The notes under the pieces: generated by a model
The model's input: only the letters and a program-made list of their open reading frames with translations
Databases searched by the model: none
What the model was told of the DNA's origin: nothing
Shown: piece after piece, positions 20,654 to 30,137 of the stretch
How positions within the stretch are numbered: the stretch's first letter is position 1
Layout of the letters: every line of letters starts with the position of its first letter
Position numbers and translations under genes: made by a program
Assembly (NCBI GenBank): GCA_964399335.1
Contig: CAYNQI010000001.1
Span: forward strand, 14,707-78,706
From: an uncultured Thermoplasmata archaeon
Lineage (GTDB): Archaea; Thermoplasmatota; Thermoplasmata; Halarchaeoplasmatales; Halarchaeoplasmataceae
Reading direction: 5' to 3'
DNA: 64,000 nucleotides

Positions 20654-21192
20654 GGTTCGTTTTTTAGTCCTAATTTATATCCTATTATGTTAACTATTCG
20701 GTGTAAAAGAGGGATTCCGATTAAAAGGATGATCAAAGCGATCCAACCATCACCTGAAAAATAGGTTTTTAAAACCCAATTATGATCTACGATAAATGTG
20801 AGTAAAAATGCACCGATCACAAAGTCATACTGATCTATCACAGGTGTTTTAGCTCCTCGTTTTCTTCCTAACCTTCTCTTTAAAAAACTGGCCATCATGT
20901 CTCCAAAAAGTGCTCCAAAGGAAAGTGCGAATATGATTATATAAGTTCTCATAGACTGAGGAAATATGTTAATGAAAGGAGAAACTAAAAAATTAAAAGC
21001 GATAGTAACCAATCCACCAGCTAATCCACCTCCCAAGAGTCCCCTCCATGTTTTACCATCTCCAAGGATCCTTTTTCCATGGATCTTCAATCCACCGTCT
21101 ATAGGAGTACCGCCTCCAAATATTACTGCTAATGGATTTGCAATGAGAGCCGGGATGAATGCCAATATCGCACTTAATACTCCGATATTCAT
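20647..21192 (-). CDS. carS: CDP-archaeol synthase (CarS, DUF46)
   Basis: About 180 aa with 4–5 transmembrane helices and a 'GKRILGDGKTWRG' loop typical of CarS. Confidence 0.6.
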   Translation of the reverse strand: MNIGVLSAILAFIPALIANPLAVIFGGGTPIDGGLKIHGKRILGDGKTWRGLLGGGLAGGLVTIAFNFLVSPFINIFPQSMRTYIIIFALSFGALFGDMMASFLKRRLGRKRGAKTPVIDQYDFVIGAFLLTFIVDHNWVLKTYFSGDGWIALIILLIGIPLLHRIVNIIGYKLGLKNEPW

Positions 21193-21229
21193 CGGTTTGA
21201 AATCATCTTATCTATTAAATACTCTTTCA

Positions 21230-21997
21230 TCAAAGTAGACTTTTCTCCATCTCCATTACCATCTTGATACGCCGTGCTAAAAGTTCGATTCCAGCATCCC
21301 ACAGTTTTTCACCTTTTTCTTTTGTAGCTTTCTTTGGATCTCCCAAAACACCGATTTTACTTAGCTCATGTGTATCCCAGGCAAACTCGAATGGAGGATC
21401 ATTTTCGAATTCGAACTCGTCACCCGGAAAATCCATCTCAACCTCAGGAATAGCATCCTTATCTACCAATTCTTCTCGATTCGCCAGTGAAGTAGATGTT
21501 TCATACTCTCCGGCGTGTACATCATTCTTAGAATCTACGTACTTCTTTTTACCGGGATCCATACTCTCCCCGGAATCTATAAAGATCAATAGTCCAGTTT
21601 CCCTTTTTAACTTTCTAGAAGCTATCTTTATAGTTGTTGTGTTTCCACCATGAGCATTGTATATGAACAGTTTTTGGATGCCATGATGGATGATTGATCT
21701 TCCGATATCTATTATCATATCTCGAAGCGTTTCAGATCTCACAGTTATAGTTCCAGAAAAGGCCATATGATGATCGCTGACTCCGTACGGGATCGTTGGC
21801 AATATAAGTGGTTTCGGAGAATCAATTCTTTTTACGGCTTCTTCTAACATATAACCAGCATCAAAAGTATCGGTATCCAGCGGTAGATGTGGTCCGTGTT
21901 GTTCTATACTTCCTATGGGAAGTAGTGCAGTATCTACGAATCTCGTTCTTTGTTCAAGCTCTGATCTAGTCATCTCTCCCCATTTTATCTTCTGCAT
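21230..21997 (-). CDS. Creatininase-family amidohydrolase (ArfB-like)
   Basis: 'LPIGSIEQHGPHLPLDTD' creatininase metal-binding motif. Confidence 0.8.
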   Translation of the reverse strand: MQKIKWGEMTRSELEQRTRFVDTALLPIGSIEQHGPHLPLDTDTFDAGYMLEEAVKRIDSPKPLILPTIPYGVSDHHMAFSGTITVRSETLRDMIIDIGRSIIHHGIQKLFIYNAHGGNTTTIKIASRKLKRETGLLIFIDSGESMDPGKKKYVDSKNDVHAGEYETSTSLANREELVDKDAIPEVEMDFPGDEFEFENDPPFEFAWDTHELSKIGVLGDPKKATKEKGEKLWDAGIELLARRIKMVMEMEKSLL

Positions 21998-22074
21998 AGT
22001 TGTGAAAACAAAAAAGTTTCATTTAGATTTTTCCTCCCTAAAAATTATTACCCTTTGTTATGTAAATAAATCAA

Positions 22075-22313
22075 TGGATACTCCAAGAGATATATTGAAC
22101 GAACTTAAATGGGATAATTCAAAATCTTTAGAAAGGGCTGAGATTTTTTACGTCCATAGAGGCGCACCTGGTGATTACAAGATCATCAAAGGAGATGAAA
22201 TACTCGATCTGGGTCGCTCTTTCATCAAGTTAGAAGAAGGCCAGATACCTTATCATAGGATCTTTCAGATCGTATGCAACGGTGAGGTAATTTTTTCTCG
22301 AGAAAGGTCATAG
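22075..22313 (+). CDS. DUF504-family small protein
   Basis: About 79 aa with a conserved 'IPYHRI' motif. Start set at the internal Met. Confidence 0.45.
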
Positions 22314-22934
22314 CTTTTTCAAGAGTTTATCTATATCTTCTCTGAGTTTTTCCCTGTTCGAGGATATAGCAATATCCCCTCTTGTTTTTTCTACTAAAGC
22401 TCTTGCCATGTCCTGTTTATTTTTGATTGGAATTATAGCCTTTGGATAATCCAATTCCATAAGCATATCCTTTATACGACTCATGGCATCAAGCAGTTCT
22501 TCAGCTCTTTGAACATCTCCTTCTGTCAGTTTTTCTAGACATTGCCGACGTAGTTCACCTATGACATCAGCTAGTCCGAGTAGGTAGGCACTAGGTGTGA
22601 TATCTAATCCCTTTGCTCCCATCAGTTCTCTATCTGAAGTCAGGGCCCAGAGTATATGAGCTTCAGCAAGCTCTTGGAAACCGTTCCTTAAAAAACCTGA
22701 ATGAAAAAGTTCTGGATAACCTTCTATTATACTTTTCAATTTTGATACCTCTTGGATAGCTTCGTTGAAACTTTCTTGGGGATTACCATCCTGATGGATC
22801 TCCTTGATCATTTTCCGAGATGATCTCCTTATAGCCCTAGAGGATTTTAATGCTAGTTCTCTAACGGTGTCTTTGTCATCTAACTGGCCAACGATCTTAT
22901 CAACTTTATTTTCTAAATTATCTAAGTTTTTCAT
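22308..22934 (-). CDS. Translin-family protein
   Basis: About 200 aa helical protein with 'YLLGLADVIGELRR' typical of translin/TRAX. Confidence 0.6.
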   Translation of the reverse strand: MKNLDNLENKVDKIVGQLDDKDTVRELALKSSRAIRRSSRKMIKEIHQDGNPQESFNEAIQEVSKLKSIIEGYPELFHSGFLRNGFQELAEAHILWALTSDRELMGAKGLDITPSAYLLGLADVIGELRRQCLEKLTEGDVQRAEELLDAMSRIKDMLMELDYPKAIIPIKNKQDMARALVEKTRGDIAISSNREKLREDIDKLLKKL

Positions 22935-22936
22935 CT

Positions 22937-24274
22937 CTAGTCCCCTTTGATCTCTTGCATATGTTTCAATTTTCTTTCGATACTCTCGGGCTTACCAATG
23001 TCGTGTCTCATATGGACTTTATCTCCTTTTACATGGGATAAAGCTCTTTCACTAGCGGATTCTGCTTCTTCTAACTTCTCTGAATAACCACAAACTGCTA
23101 AAGACCGGGAAGTTGTAGTGTATATATTCCCATCTTTTTCATCCACAGAAGCATAAAACAATTGTGCTCCTTCTGATCCTATAGCATCCTCATCTATTTC
23201 CAACTCAGCACCTGAGACCGGATCTATTCCATATCCTTCAGGTACGATATATTTACAGACACTTGATTTTTTCTCGAAAGATACTTCCAAATCTGAGATG
23301 TCGCCTTGAGCTATATTTTTACAAATCTCTACATAATTGTTTTCTAGTAGTGGTAGAACATTCATAGCCTCTGGATCACCCCAACGACAGTTATACTCGA
23401 TGATCTTTGGTCCCTTTTTAGTGAGCATGAATTGTCCGTATAGAACACCTTTGTAAGTCACACCTTCTTTTTTTAAGGCCCTCAGCGTTTCTTTGATAAT
23501 CGAAACGCTCTCATCGTAAGTTTTGCTATCCACGAATGGAAGCAACCCGTCAGCCTGTGAATAAGAACCCATGCCGCCTGTATTGGGTCCTTCATCACCT
23601 TCAAATAAACGTTTATGGTCTTGGACTAAAGGCATCGGGATCAGGTTTTCACCATCTGTGAATACCTGTAGTGTAAATTCTTCTCCTTTCAATCTTTCTT
23701 CCAAGATCAACTTGGAACTGCCACCTATTTTGTTCTCTAGTACTTTATGACAATAATCTATTACCTCTTCTTTGTTCTCTAGATGTTCTCCCATGATCTT
23801 AACGCCTTTTCCACCGGTTAACCCTACTGGTTTCACTGCTAATTCCCCTTCATAATGGGTTAAAAAGTCCTCGATTTCCTCTATATCATCAAACACCTGA
23901 TAATCTACTTTCCCCGGTAGATCATATTTCTGCATGATATTTCTCATGAATTCTTTTGATATCTCGATCTGCGCTGCATTTTTATTTGGACTAGCACACT
24001 TGATACCTTTTTTCTCCAGCTCATCAACGATACCTTTACCTAGAGGTGCTTCTGGACCTACAACAGCCAGGGCTACTTTTTTATCAACGGCCCAATCAAC
24101 AACATCATCGATGTTAGTGCCCTTCTCAAGTAAAAATTCCTTGGATAGACGGGCAATACCTGGATTTTTGTTGCCCATAACTGCGTAAATCTCAGCACCA
24201 CCATGATGAAGCGCTTTTACTATAGTATGTTCTCTCGCTCCTCCTCCAACAGTAAGTATTTTCATAGTTATCAT
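22937..24274 (-). CDS. purD: Phosphoribosylamine--glycine ligase
   Basis: N-terminal 'KILTVGGGAREH' and ATP-grasp architecture. Confidence 0.9.
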   Translation of the reverse strand: MITMKILTVGGGAREHTIVKALHHGGAEIYAVMGNKNPGIARLSKEFLLEKGTNIDDVVDWAVDKKVALAVVGPEAPLGKGIVDELEKKGIKCASPNKNAAQIEISKEFMRNIMQKYDLPGKVDYQVFDDIEEIEDFLTHYEGELAVKPVGLTGGKGVKIMGEHLENKEEVIDYCHKVLENKIGGSSKLILEERLKGEEFTLQVFTDGENLIPMPLVQDHKRLFEGDEGPNTGGMGSYSQADGLLPFVDSKTYDESVSIIKETLRALKKEGVTYKGVLYGQFMLTKKGPKIIEYNCRWGDPEAMNVLPLLENNYVEICKNIAQGDISDLEVSFEKKSSVCKYIVPEGYGIDPVSGAELEIDEDAIGSEGAQLFYASVDEKDGNIYTTTSRSLAVCGYSEKLEEAESASERALSHVKGDKVHMRHDIGKPESIERKLKHMQEIKGD

Positions 24275-24304
24275 TAAGGGTAAAAAGGTGGTATAATATA
24301 AGAT

Positions 24305-24889
24305 TTAGTCTGAGATATACTCTTCTTTTCTCCTTGATAAAACTATCTTATCATCTTCTACAGAATCTATATCATCAGCATCGATGGTAACGTCTTTCGT
24401 TTTAACATCAATGAAAGCGGGGACAGGTCCTTCCTCTAAATGACTCGTAGGAAGAGAGATTGTCATATCCTCGAAGGACATCATGGGAACTGCGTACCTT
24501 TCGATCTCTCCTTTTTCATCTCTAGTACGAATGACTTTAGCATGTACACGTATATATTCTAAGTCCCCATCCTTATCTTTTTCAGCTTCTACTACTCTAC
24601 CGATCTCAGTATCTTCACAATCCACTACTTTGGTATCGATTAAATTTTTTTCAGGACATATCCATAAATATATTTTTTCTGAAGTGATCTTATCGATATA
24701 TTTGAGATCGATTTTAAAATATTCACCGAAAAATCCCTTGTGGATCAAAAGACTTGTAGGGCTTAGTGTGGTAATGTTGATCTCTATATCATCTACATGC
24801 CCAAAGTGTTCTCCCTCTGCATCGTACACGTGAGTACCTTTGATCTTGTTGAAAGTGGTCTTCCCCTCTTTAGAAATGATCTTACCCAT
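24305..24889 (-). CDS. PRC-barrel-like domain protein (tandem)
   Basis: Two PRC-barrel-like segments. The assignment is weak. Confidence 0.35.
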   Translation of the reverse strand: MGKIISKEGKTTFNKIKGTHVYDAEGEHFGHVDDIEINITTLSPTSLLIHKGFFGEYFKIDLKYIDKITSEKIYLWICPEKNLIDTKVVDCEDTEIGRVVEAEKDKDGDLEYIRVHAKVIRTRDEKGEIERYAVPMMSFEDMTISLPTSHLEEGPVPAFIDVKTKDVTIDADDIDSVEDDKIVLSRRKEEYISD

Positions 24890-24963
24890 CTCTATCGATA
24901 TCTATAATGTTTTTAAACTACTTTATATTTGCCCCACCTGTTTAGAGGATTACAATATAGGGT

Positions 24964-26406
24964 TCATCTCAACATTTTTTTAATCAATCCAAGATCATCC
25001 TTATTGATCCCTTTTAAAAAATACAATATAGTGAAGTAGAATATAATTCCTATAGGAAGGATCCATAGAGGAGATATCTGTAATCCAAGTAAAGTTGGTA
25101 GATAGAGTAACATGGCCATAAACACACTAGAGAGATAAGGTTTCCACAGATAAGAAGTTGGGATAGGTGATAACTGTTCACAAACAAGATGATAATTTAG
25201 AAGGAAATGTGTGATTTCAGCTATAACGATGGCTACAGCAGCCCCATAGACACCATAAGACGGGATGAATAAAATTCCCGATATTATTAAAACAGCGGAC
25301 GCAACTATGAGATTCCTAGATGATTCTAAAGTCCTTTCGCTGGACCACAGCACCATTTTCAAACTACCATTCATGAACAAGAAGGGGAGCATCCAAACTA
25401 TCGTTCTAAACACATGGATAGTCTGTTGATATTCTGCAGCATATATCAAATGGATAATATCTCCAGCGATAACATAAAGCCCTAAGGTCAAGGGGAGAGA
25501 TAAGATCAGCAAAAACCTAAGAGATTCAAAGTAAGCCCGTTTCAATACCTTTCTTCCAGACGAATATAGTCTTGAAAATACGGGATAGATGGCCCTTCCA
25601 AAAGAGTAGGGCACTACTCCTAAAAATATTATGATTTTCCAACTAGCACTGTAAAGACCTGTAGCGAAGCTACCAGTAAATACAGCCAATAGGACAATTA
25701 TAACATGACCATAAATGACACCAACTGTCATAAAAAGAGCGAATGGAAAAGAATCTTTTAAAAAACTCTTCCATCTTCTTGGATCTGGAGTGGATATCTT
25801 AGAGTTAGAAAGTCCCATCTGATATACAATAAAATAGAGGAATAATTGAATCATATAGGAGACCAGAAGAAATAGCAGTATATTTAAGAGATCGTAACCT
25901 AATAAAATAGCTGATATTCCAAATGACAAGTATATTACCTTCCAAATCAAAGTTACGATGGCCTGCAATTCCATCCTTTCTAGGGCTTGAAATTGTGCTG
26001 CGAACGAATTAGATAGTTTTTCGAATATCAGGATAGTTATTGCAACCATGAAGATATTAAAAGGTATATTCACTTTGAAAATATTTTTTACCATGAGATA
26101 AACAACTGAAATAACTACGACAGTAAGAATACCTAAAAGAATCCTTAGAAAAAGGATATTGCTTAAAAACTCAGGTGCTTTCTCTGGTCTCCTAGAAACT
26201 TCTCGGATAGTCATCTCATCTAAACCAAAATCAACAACGACCGACAAAAGGTATGAAAAAGCCATTACAGAATTAAAAATTCCGAATGACGTAGGTAATA
26301 GATGGTTAGCTAGAAGTATTATAAAAATTGCACTAAAAACCCTCGCGATTATCTGGGCCGATGCCAGCCATCCCGTATTTTTTAAAACTTTTACGAAACC
26401 TTTCAC
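24964..26406 (-). CDS. Oligosaccharide/polysaccharide flippase (MOP/Wzx family)
   Basis: About 12–14 transmembrane helices. The N-terminus is typical of polysaccharide biosynthesis Wzx proteins. Confidence 0.8.
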   Translation of the reverse strand: MKGFVKVLKNTGWLASAQIIARVFSAIFIILLANHLLPTSFGIFNSVMAFSYLLSVVVDFGLDEMTIREVSRRPEKAPEFLSNILFLRILLGILTVVVISVVYLMVKNIFKVNIPFNIFMVAITILIFEKLSNSFAAQFQALERMELQAIVTLIWKVIYLSFGISAILLGYDLLNILLFLLVSYMIQLFLYFIVYQMGLSNSKISTPDPRRWKSFLKDSFPFALFMTVGVIYGHVIIVLLAVFTGSFATGLYSASWKIIIFLGVVPYSFGRAIYPVFSRLYSSGRKVLKRAYFESLRFLLILSLPLTLGLYVIAGDIIHLIYAAEYQQTIHVFRTIVWMLPFLFMNGSLKMVLWSSERTLESSRNLIVASAVLIISGILFIPSYGVYGAAVAIVIAEITHFLLNYHLVCEQLSPIPTSYLWKPYLSSVFMAMLLYLPTLLGLQISPLWILPIGIIFYFTILYFLKGINKDDLGLIKKMLR

Positions 26407-26449
26407 TGGATCACATATTTGTAATGGATACGATTTATAAAAATTCTTG

Positions 26450-27484
26450 CTAAGGCTTCGATTTGGAATCGATCTTTTTAAATAATCTTTTCATCCAAGA
26501 GGTCACATCGATCTTATCTTTTATGAGTCTACTACGGGCTGCCTTAAAGTCGACATTTATAGTTTCTTCGAGGATCGAACGGATGGTGAAAAAGGTCTCA
26601 TGGGAGGTGGTTATCTGTGCACCCAATTCATATTTTAATTCCTGGTCTTCTAGATAACCTCGATTTTTATTGGATAAGTATATCCAAGGAACCCCAAGGA
26701 CCCCGGCTTCAGAAGCAGTGGTTGCGCCTTCTCCCACATACATTCTAGAAAAGGCTAAGAGATCATGAAATTTATGATCGGGTATATCAATTTCATACTC
26801 TCTGATAGGAGAGGGGATAGGTTCTTCAGAATTAACAATAACCGGGCCATATTCATCCAATAATCTGACTAGGTCTATTCTTTCTCTTCTATCTAGAACA
26901 CGTTCGTCTGCCTGATGACTAGCGTCCATGGCCGAAAATCTTACAATAGTATATTCCTTCGATTTCAATCCAAGCTCTTTAAGGACGCCTCTATCGGGTT
27001 TGAAGCGTTTAGGATGTAGGTAAGCTAGTTCATGATAACCTCGATAGGTGACATGCTTATTTTTTGGAGGGCGACCCCTGTAGCAGTCCGGTGTAGCTAT
27101 CACGTCAGCACATGGAAAAGTCAGTAAATTGGTAAAAGTAGCTGTTTCGGTATCTGTAAAATCAATAGTAGTGGCATCTAATAGGGAACCTGCATGTACA
27201 GAATACAAACCCGCTATAGATGCTGTTATATCGGGATCTATTTTTCTTGCTTTATTGATCAATGAAAGATCGTTATGAATCACCCCCAATCCCTTACCCA
27301 ATTTTCCACTGTATGTCTTTCCAAAAGTTTCGTATTCAAATCCAAGAAGGTCAAGTAATGTCAGCGTATTCTCTCTTTCCTTAACCATCAAGTGAAATTC
27401 ATGGCCCTCCTTTTTCATATCCCATATTAAATTCTTGAAAAAATGAACGTGTGCGGGATGAGCGATCACTAATAGGACCTTCAA
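26450..27484 (-). CDS. DUF354-family protein (GT-B/epimerase-like fold)
   Basis: N-terminus 'MKVLLVIAHPAHVHFFKNLI' is the DUF354 signature. Neighbours the flippase and a sugar epimerase. Confidence 0.6.
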   Translation of the reverse strand: MKVLLVIAHPAHVHFFKNLIWDMKKEGHEFHLMVKERENTLTLLDLLGFEYETFGKTYSGKLGKGLGVIHNDLSLINKARKIDPDITASIAGLYSVHAGSLLDATTIDFTDTETATFTNLLTFPCADVIATPDCYRGRPPKNKHVTYRGYHELAYLHPKRFKPDRGVLKELGLKSKEYTIVRFSAMDASHQADERVLDRRERIDLVRLLDEYGPVIVNSEEPIPSPIREYEIDIPDHKFHDLLAFSRMYVGEGATTASEAGVLGVPWIYLSNKNRGYLEDQELKYELGAQITTSHETFFTIRSILEETINVDFKAARSRLIKDKIDVTSWMKRLFKKIDSKSKP

Positions 27485-27587
27485 TCTAACACCGTTTTTG
27501 GAAAGATTGGAGATAGATATAAATGTAACCCAGAAAGAGTGATAAAGAGTATACGAAAATTATTAAAGAAAGCATTTTCTAAACAGG

Positions 27588-28163
27588 TTGATGGATTGGC
27601 TTATCATCATCGCCTTGGCTTTTGCAACCGTTGCTCTTGCTGAGATAGGAGATAAAACCCAGATAATGACTATATCTCTCGCAACCCGCTATAGGAACAA
27701 TCCTGTTTTTTGGGGTATGTTTTTGGGGATGAGTATAATCACTTTGTTTGGTGTCTTAGTAGGTACTGTGATCTACCAATTCATTCCTTTGTTTTACGTA
27801 AAATTGTTCGCAGCACTTATATTCATATTCTTTGGGACATACTCATTATATATAAAAGAGAAAGAAGTGGATAAAGATGTAGACGAAAAAAAGGTTTTTT
27901 CAACTTCCTTTTTACTTGCCTTAATAGCTGAATTTGGAGACAAAACTCAATTGGTAGTGATTGCTTTAACCGCAAGGTATAGAGCTCCATTTTTAGTCCT
28001 GTTGGGGGCTTTAGGTGGGTTAGCACTGGTGATAGGTATAAGTGTTTTTATGGGAGACAAGATAGCAGAAATTGTCGAAAAAGATAAAATTGATTTGATT
28101 TCATCCGTGCTATTCCTGATTATAGGGATAGCATTTCTTTTTGAGATTTTGTTTTTCACGTAA
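27588..28163 (+). CDS. UPF0016/GDT1-family cation (Ca2+/Mn2+) transporter
   Basis: Two 'E-x-G-D-K-T' motifs (EIGDKTQ and EFGDKTQ) in an internally duplicated membrane protein. Confidence 0.8.
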   Translation: MMDWLIIIALAFATVALAEIGDKTQIMTISLATRYRNNPVFWGMFLGMSIITLFGVLVGTVIYQFIPLFYVKLFAALIFIFFGTYSLYIKEKEVDKDVDEKKVFSTSFLLALIAEFGDKTQLVVIALTARYRAPFLVLLGALGGLALVIGISVFMGDKIAEIVEKDKIDLISSVLFLIIGIAFLFEILFFT

Positions 28164-28179
28164 ATGATATTAGCACCTA

Positions 28180-28731
28180 TTGAAATTAAGTACTATGGCC
28201 CGATGGAAGAAGAAAGATTCTAGGAAGATAGCTGACTCTACGTTCTTCACCTTGAAAGAGGATGATGTTGAGCTCCCCGACGGCAGTGAAATGACTTACA
28301 CTATGTTGGATATGCCTGATTTCGCTGGAGTACTACCGGTGATAGATGATAAATTCGTTTTGATCAAAAATTACAGATATCCAGTTGATGAGATGGTATT
28401 GGAAATTCCCGCTGGATTGATAGAAGAAGATGAAAAACCAAAGGAAACCGCATCTAGAGAAATGAAGGAGGAGACGGGTTATACACTAAAAAGCTGTGAA
28501 AAAATAATTGAATATCATCCCGTAGCTAGCCTGAACACACAGACTGCACATCTATTTTTAGGCGAGGTCGACGAAGGTTTTAAAACAAATAGAGATACAG
28601 CAGAAGATATGACCGTGGAAATTATCCCCATCCAGGAAGTATATAAGATGTTGGAAAACAAAGAGATAGTACATCCTCATACTATTATTGGACTTTTTTA
28701 TAGTAGAGATAAATTATCAGAAATGATTTAA
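28180..28731 (+). CDS. NUDIX hydrolase (ADP-ribose pyrophosphatase-like)
   Basis: Nudix box 'GLIEEDEKPKETASREMKEETGY'. Confidence 0.85.
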   Translation: MKLSTMARWKKKDSRKIADSTFFTLKEDDVELPDGSEMTYTMLDMPDFAGVLPVIDDKFVLIKNYRYPVDEMVLEIPAGLIEEDEKPKETASREMKEETGYTLKSCEKIIEYHPVASLNTQTAHLFLGEVDEGFKTNRDTAEDMTVEIIPIQEVYKMLENKEIVHPHTIIGLFYSRDKLSEMI

Positions 28732-28817
28732 ACAACTTATACATATTGGGAAAAGAATTCAAGCTCAAAAACAACCGAAAAGGTTTATAGATAAAACGCA
28801 ATTTTGGAAGACTCTTT

Positions 28818-30125
28818 ATGGCAAAAAAAGTAAAAAGCGAAAGCGGTAACATATTTTGTTCTTATTGTGGAACCGCCGTAAAAGAAGATGACGATAACTG
28901 TCCTAGCTGCGGTGAAGAACTTGAAGAACGGTTGATCGAAGGGGTGTTATGTCCGTCCTGTGATAATCCCGTCGATCCTATGGAAAATGTTTGTCCAGAA
29001 TGCGGTGCAGAATTATCAGATGTTACTTCCGAAGGAGATAGAGATGAGGAATTTCTCTCTAAGCTACTAGGTTGGGGTGATGAAACCGAAGGCAAGCTGG
29101 AAAAAAAGATCGAAGAAAAACGCAAGGCTATGGAGGTTTTCAAGAAGGTAGCTGATGGCACAGGCGGTAAAGAAGAGAAAAAAAAGGTTGAAAAGAAAGA
29201 CAAGGTAGAGACTGATATCTCATATGACCTTATGGTAAAGCCCTTTGAAGATGTAGTAAAGACTACCGAGGAAACACTAGCTGACATAAAGGATAACATG
29301 GTTGAATTAAAAAGTGAGATTGAAGACTGTGAAGATCCAGAAGATAAAGAAAAGCTTAAAAAAGAGATGGAGGAGCTTAAAAAGAAAAAAAGGCGTTTCC
29401 ATAATATGATCGCTAGTATAGAACAGATGGACAATGCAGTGGAAACTTTACTAGAAAAACAGAGGAAGGAATTAGAAGAGAAGCAAGAAGAACTCAAAAA
29501 CAGAGTTAAAGAGTTCAAGAAGGTAGTTAAAAGGAAGGATAAGGAAAGAGAAGACATCAAGGAAAAGAAAGAGGCCCTTAAAGAAAAAGAAGAAGAACTC
29601 AAGGAAAGGGAGATGAAGCTCAGTATATGGGAAGAAGAACTAAAAAGAAAAGAAGCAAATTTATCTGCACAAGTTGAAGAATATAAGGAAGGGGAGGAAG
29701 CACTTGAAAAAATCGAAAAAGAGATGCCTAAAGAGGGAAAAGTTACCAAAGAAGAATGGTTAGAAGAGCAGAAAAAGATACAAAAAGAGCTCTTTGATCT
29801 AAAGGATATGTGGGGTGAAGATGACGAAACGATTGATATCTCAAATGATTCCGTACCAAAAGTTAGAAAAAAGATAAAAAAGAAGGAAACTGAGTGGAAA
29901 AAGAAAATAGAAGAAATGGAAAAAGAGCTAGAAGAAGTTCGTAAAGAGAAGAAAGAGCTTGAAGCAAAAACCCTTGAGATGGATGTAAAGAAGGAAGAAA
30001 TCGAAACTATACTATCTGTTTTAGATGATCTATTAGGTAACCTTCCTGAAGATCGTATCCGTGAGTTTGCAAAATCAAAGCATTTTGAACTTTATGAGAA
30101 AGTTCTAGACGCCTTTGAATTATAA
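28818..30125 (+). CDS. Double zinc-ribbon protein with long Glu/Lys-rich coiled-coil
   Basis: N-terminus has four CxxC pairs (CSYCG…CPSCG and CPSCD…CPECG). The remaining ~360 aa is highly charged Lys/Glu heptad-like sequence. Confidence 0.6.
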   Translation: MAKKVKSESGNIFCSYCGTAVKEDDDNCPSCGEELEERLIEGVLCPSCDNPVDPMENVCPECGAELSDVTSEGDRDEEFLSKLLGWGDETEGKLEKKIEEKRKAMEVFKKVADGTGGKEEKKKVEKKDKVETDISYDLMVKPFEDVVKTTEETLADIKDNMVELKSEIEDCEDPEDKEKLKKEMEELKKKKRRFHNMIASIEQMDNAVETLLEKQRKELEEKQEELKNRVKEFKKVVKRKDKEREDIKEKKEALKEKEEELKEREMKLSIWEEELKRKEANLSAQVEEYKEGEEALEKIEKEMPKEGKVTKEEWLEEQKKIQKELFDLKDMWGEDDETIDISNDSVPKVRKKIKKKETEWKKKIEEMEKELEEVRKEKKELEAKTLEMDVKKEEIETILSVLDDLLGNLPEDRIREFAKSKHFELYEKVLDAFEL

Positions 30126-30137
30126 GGAGTAATACAG

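Noticed and set aside
28862-29749. 295-aa Ser/Leu/Phe-rich ORF antisense to the zinc-ribbon/coiled-coil gene
   Set aside because: This is the expected antisense artefact of GAA/AAG-rich coding sequence. It has no start-site context and is pure low complexity.
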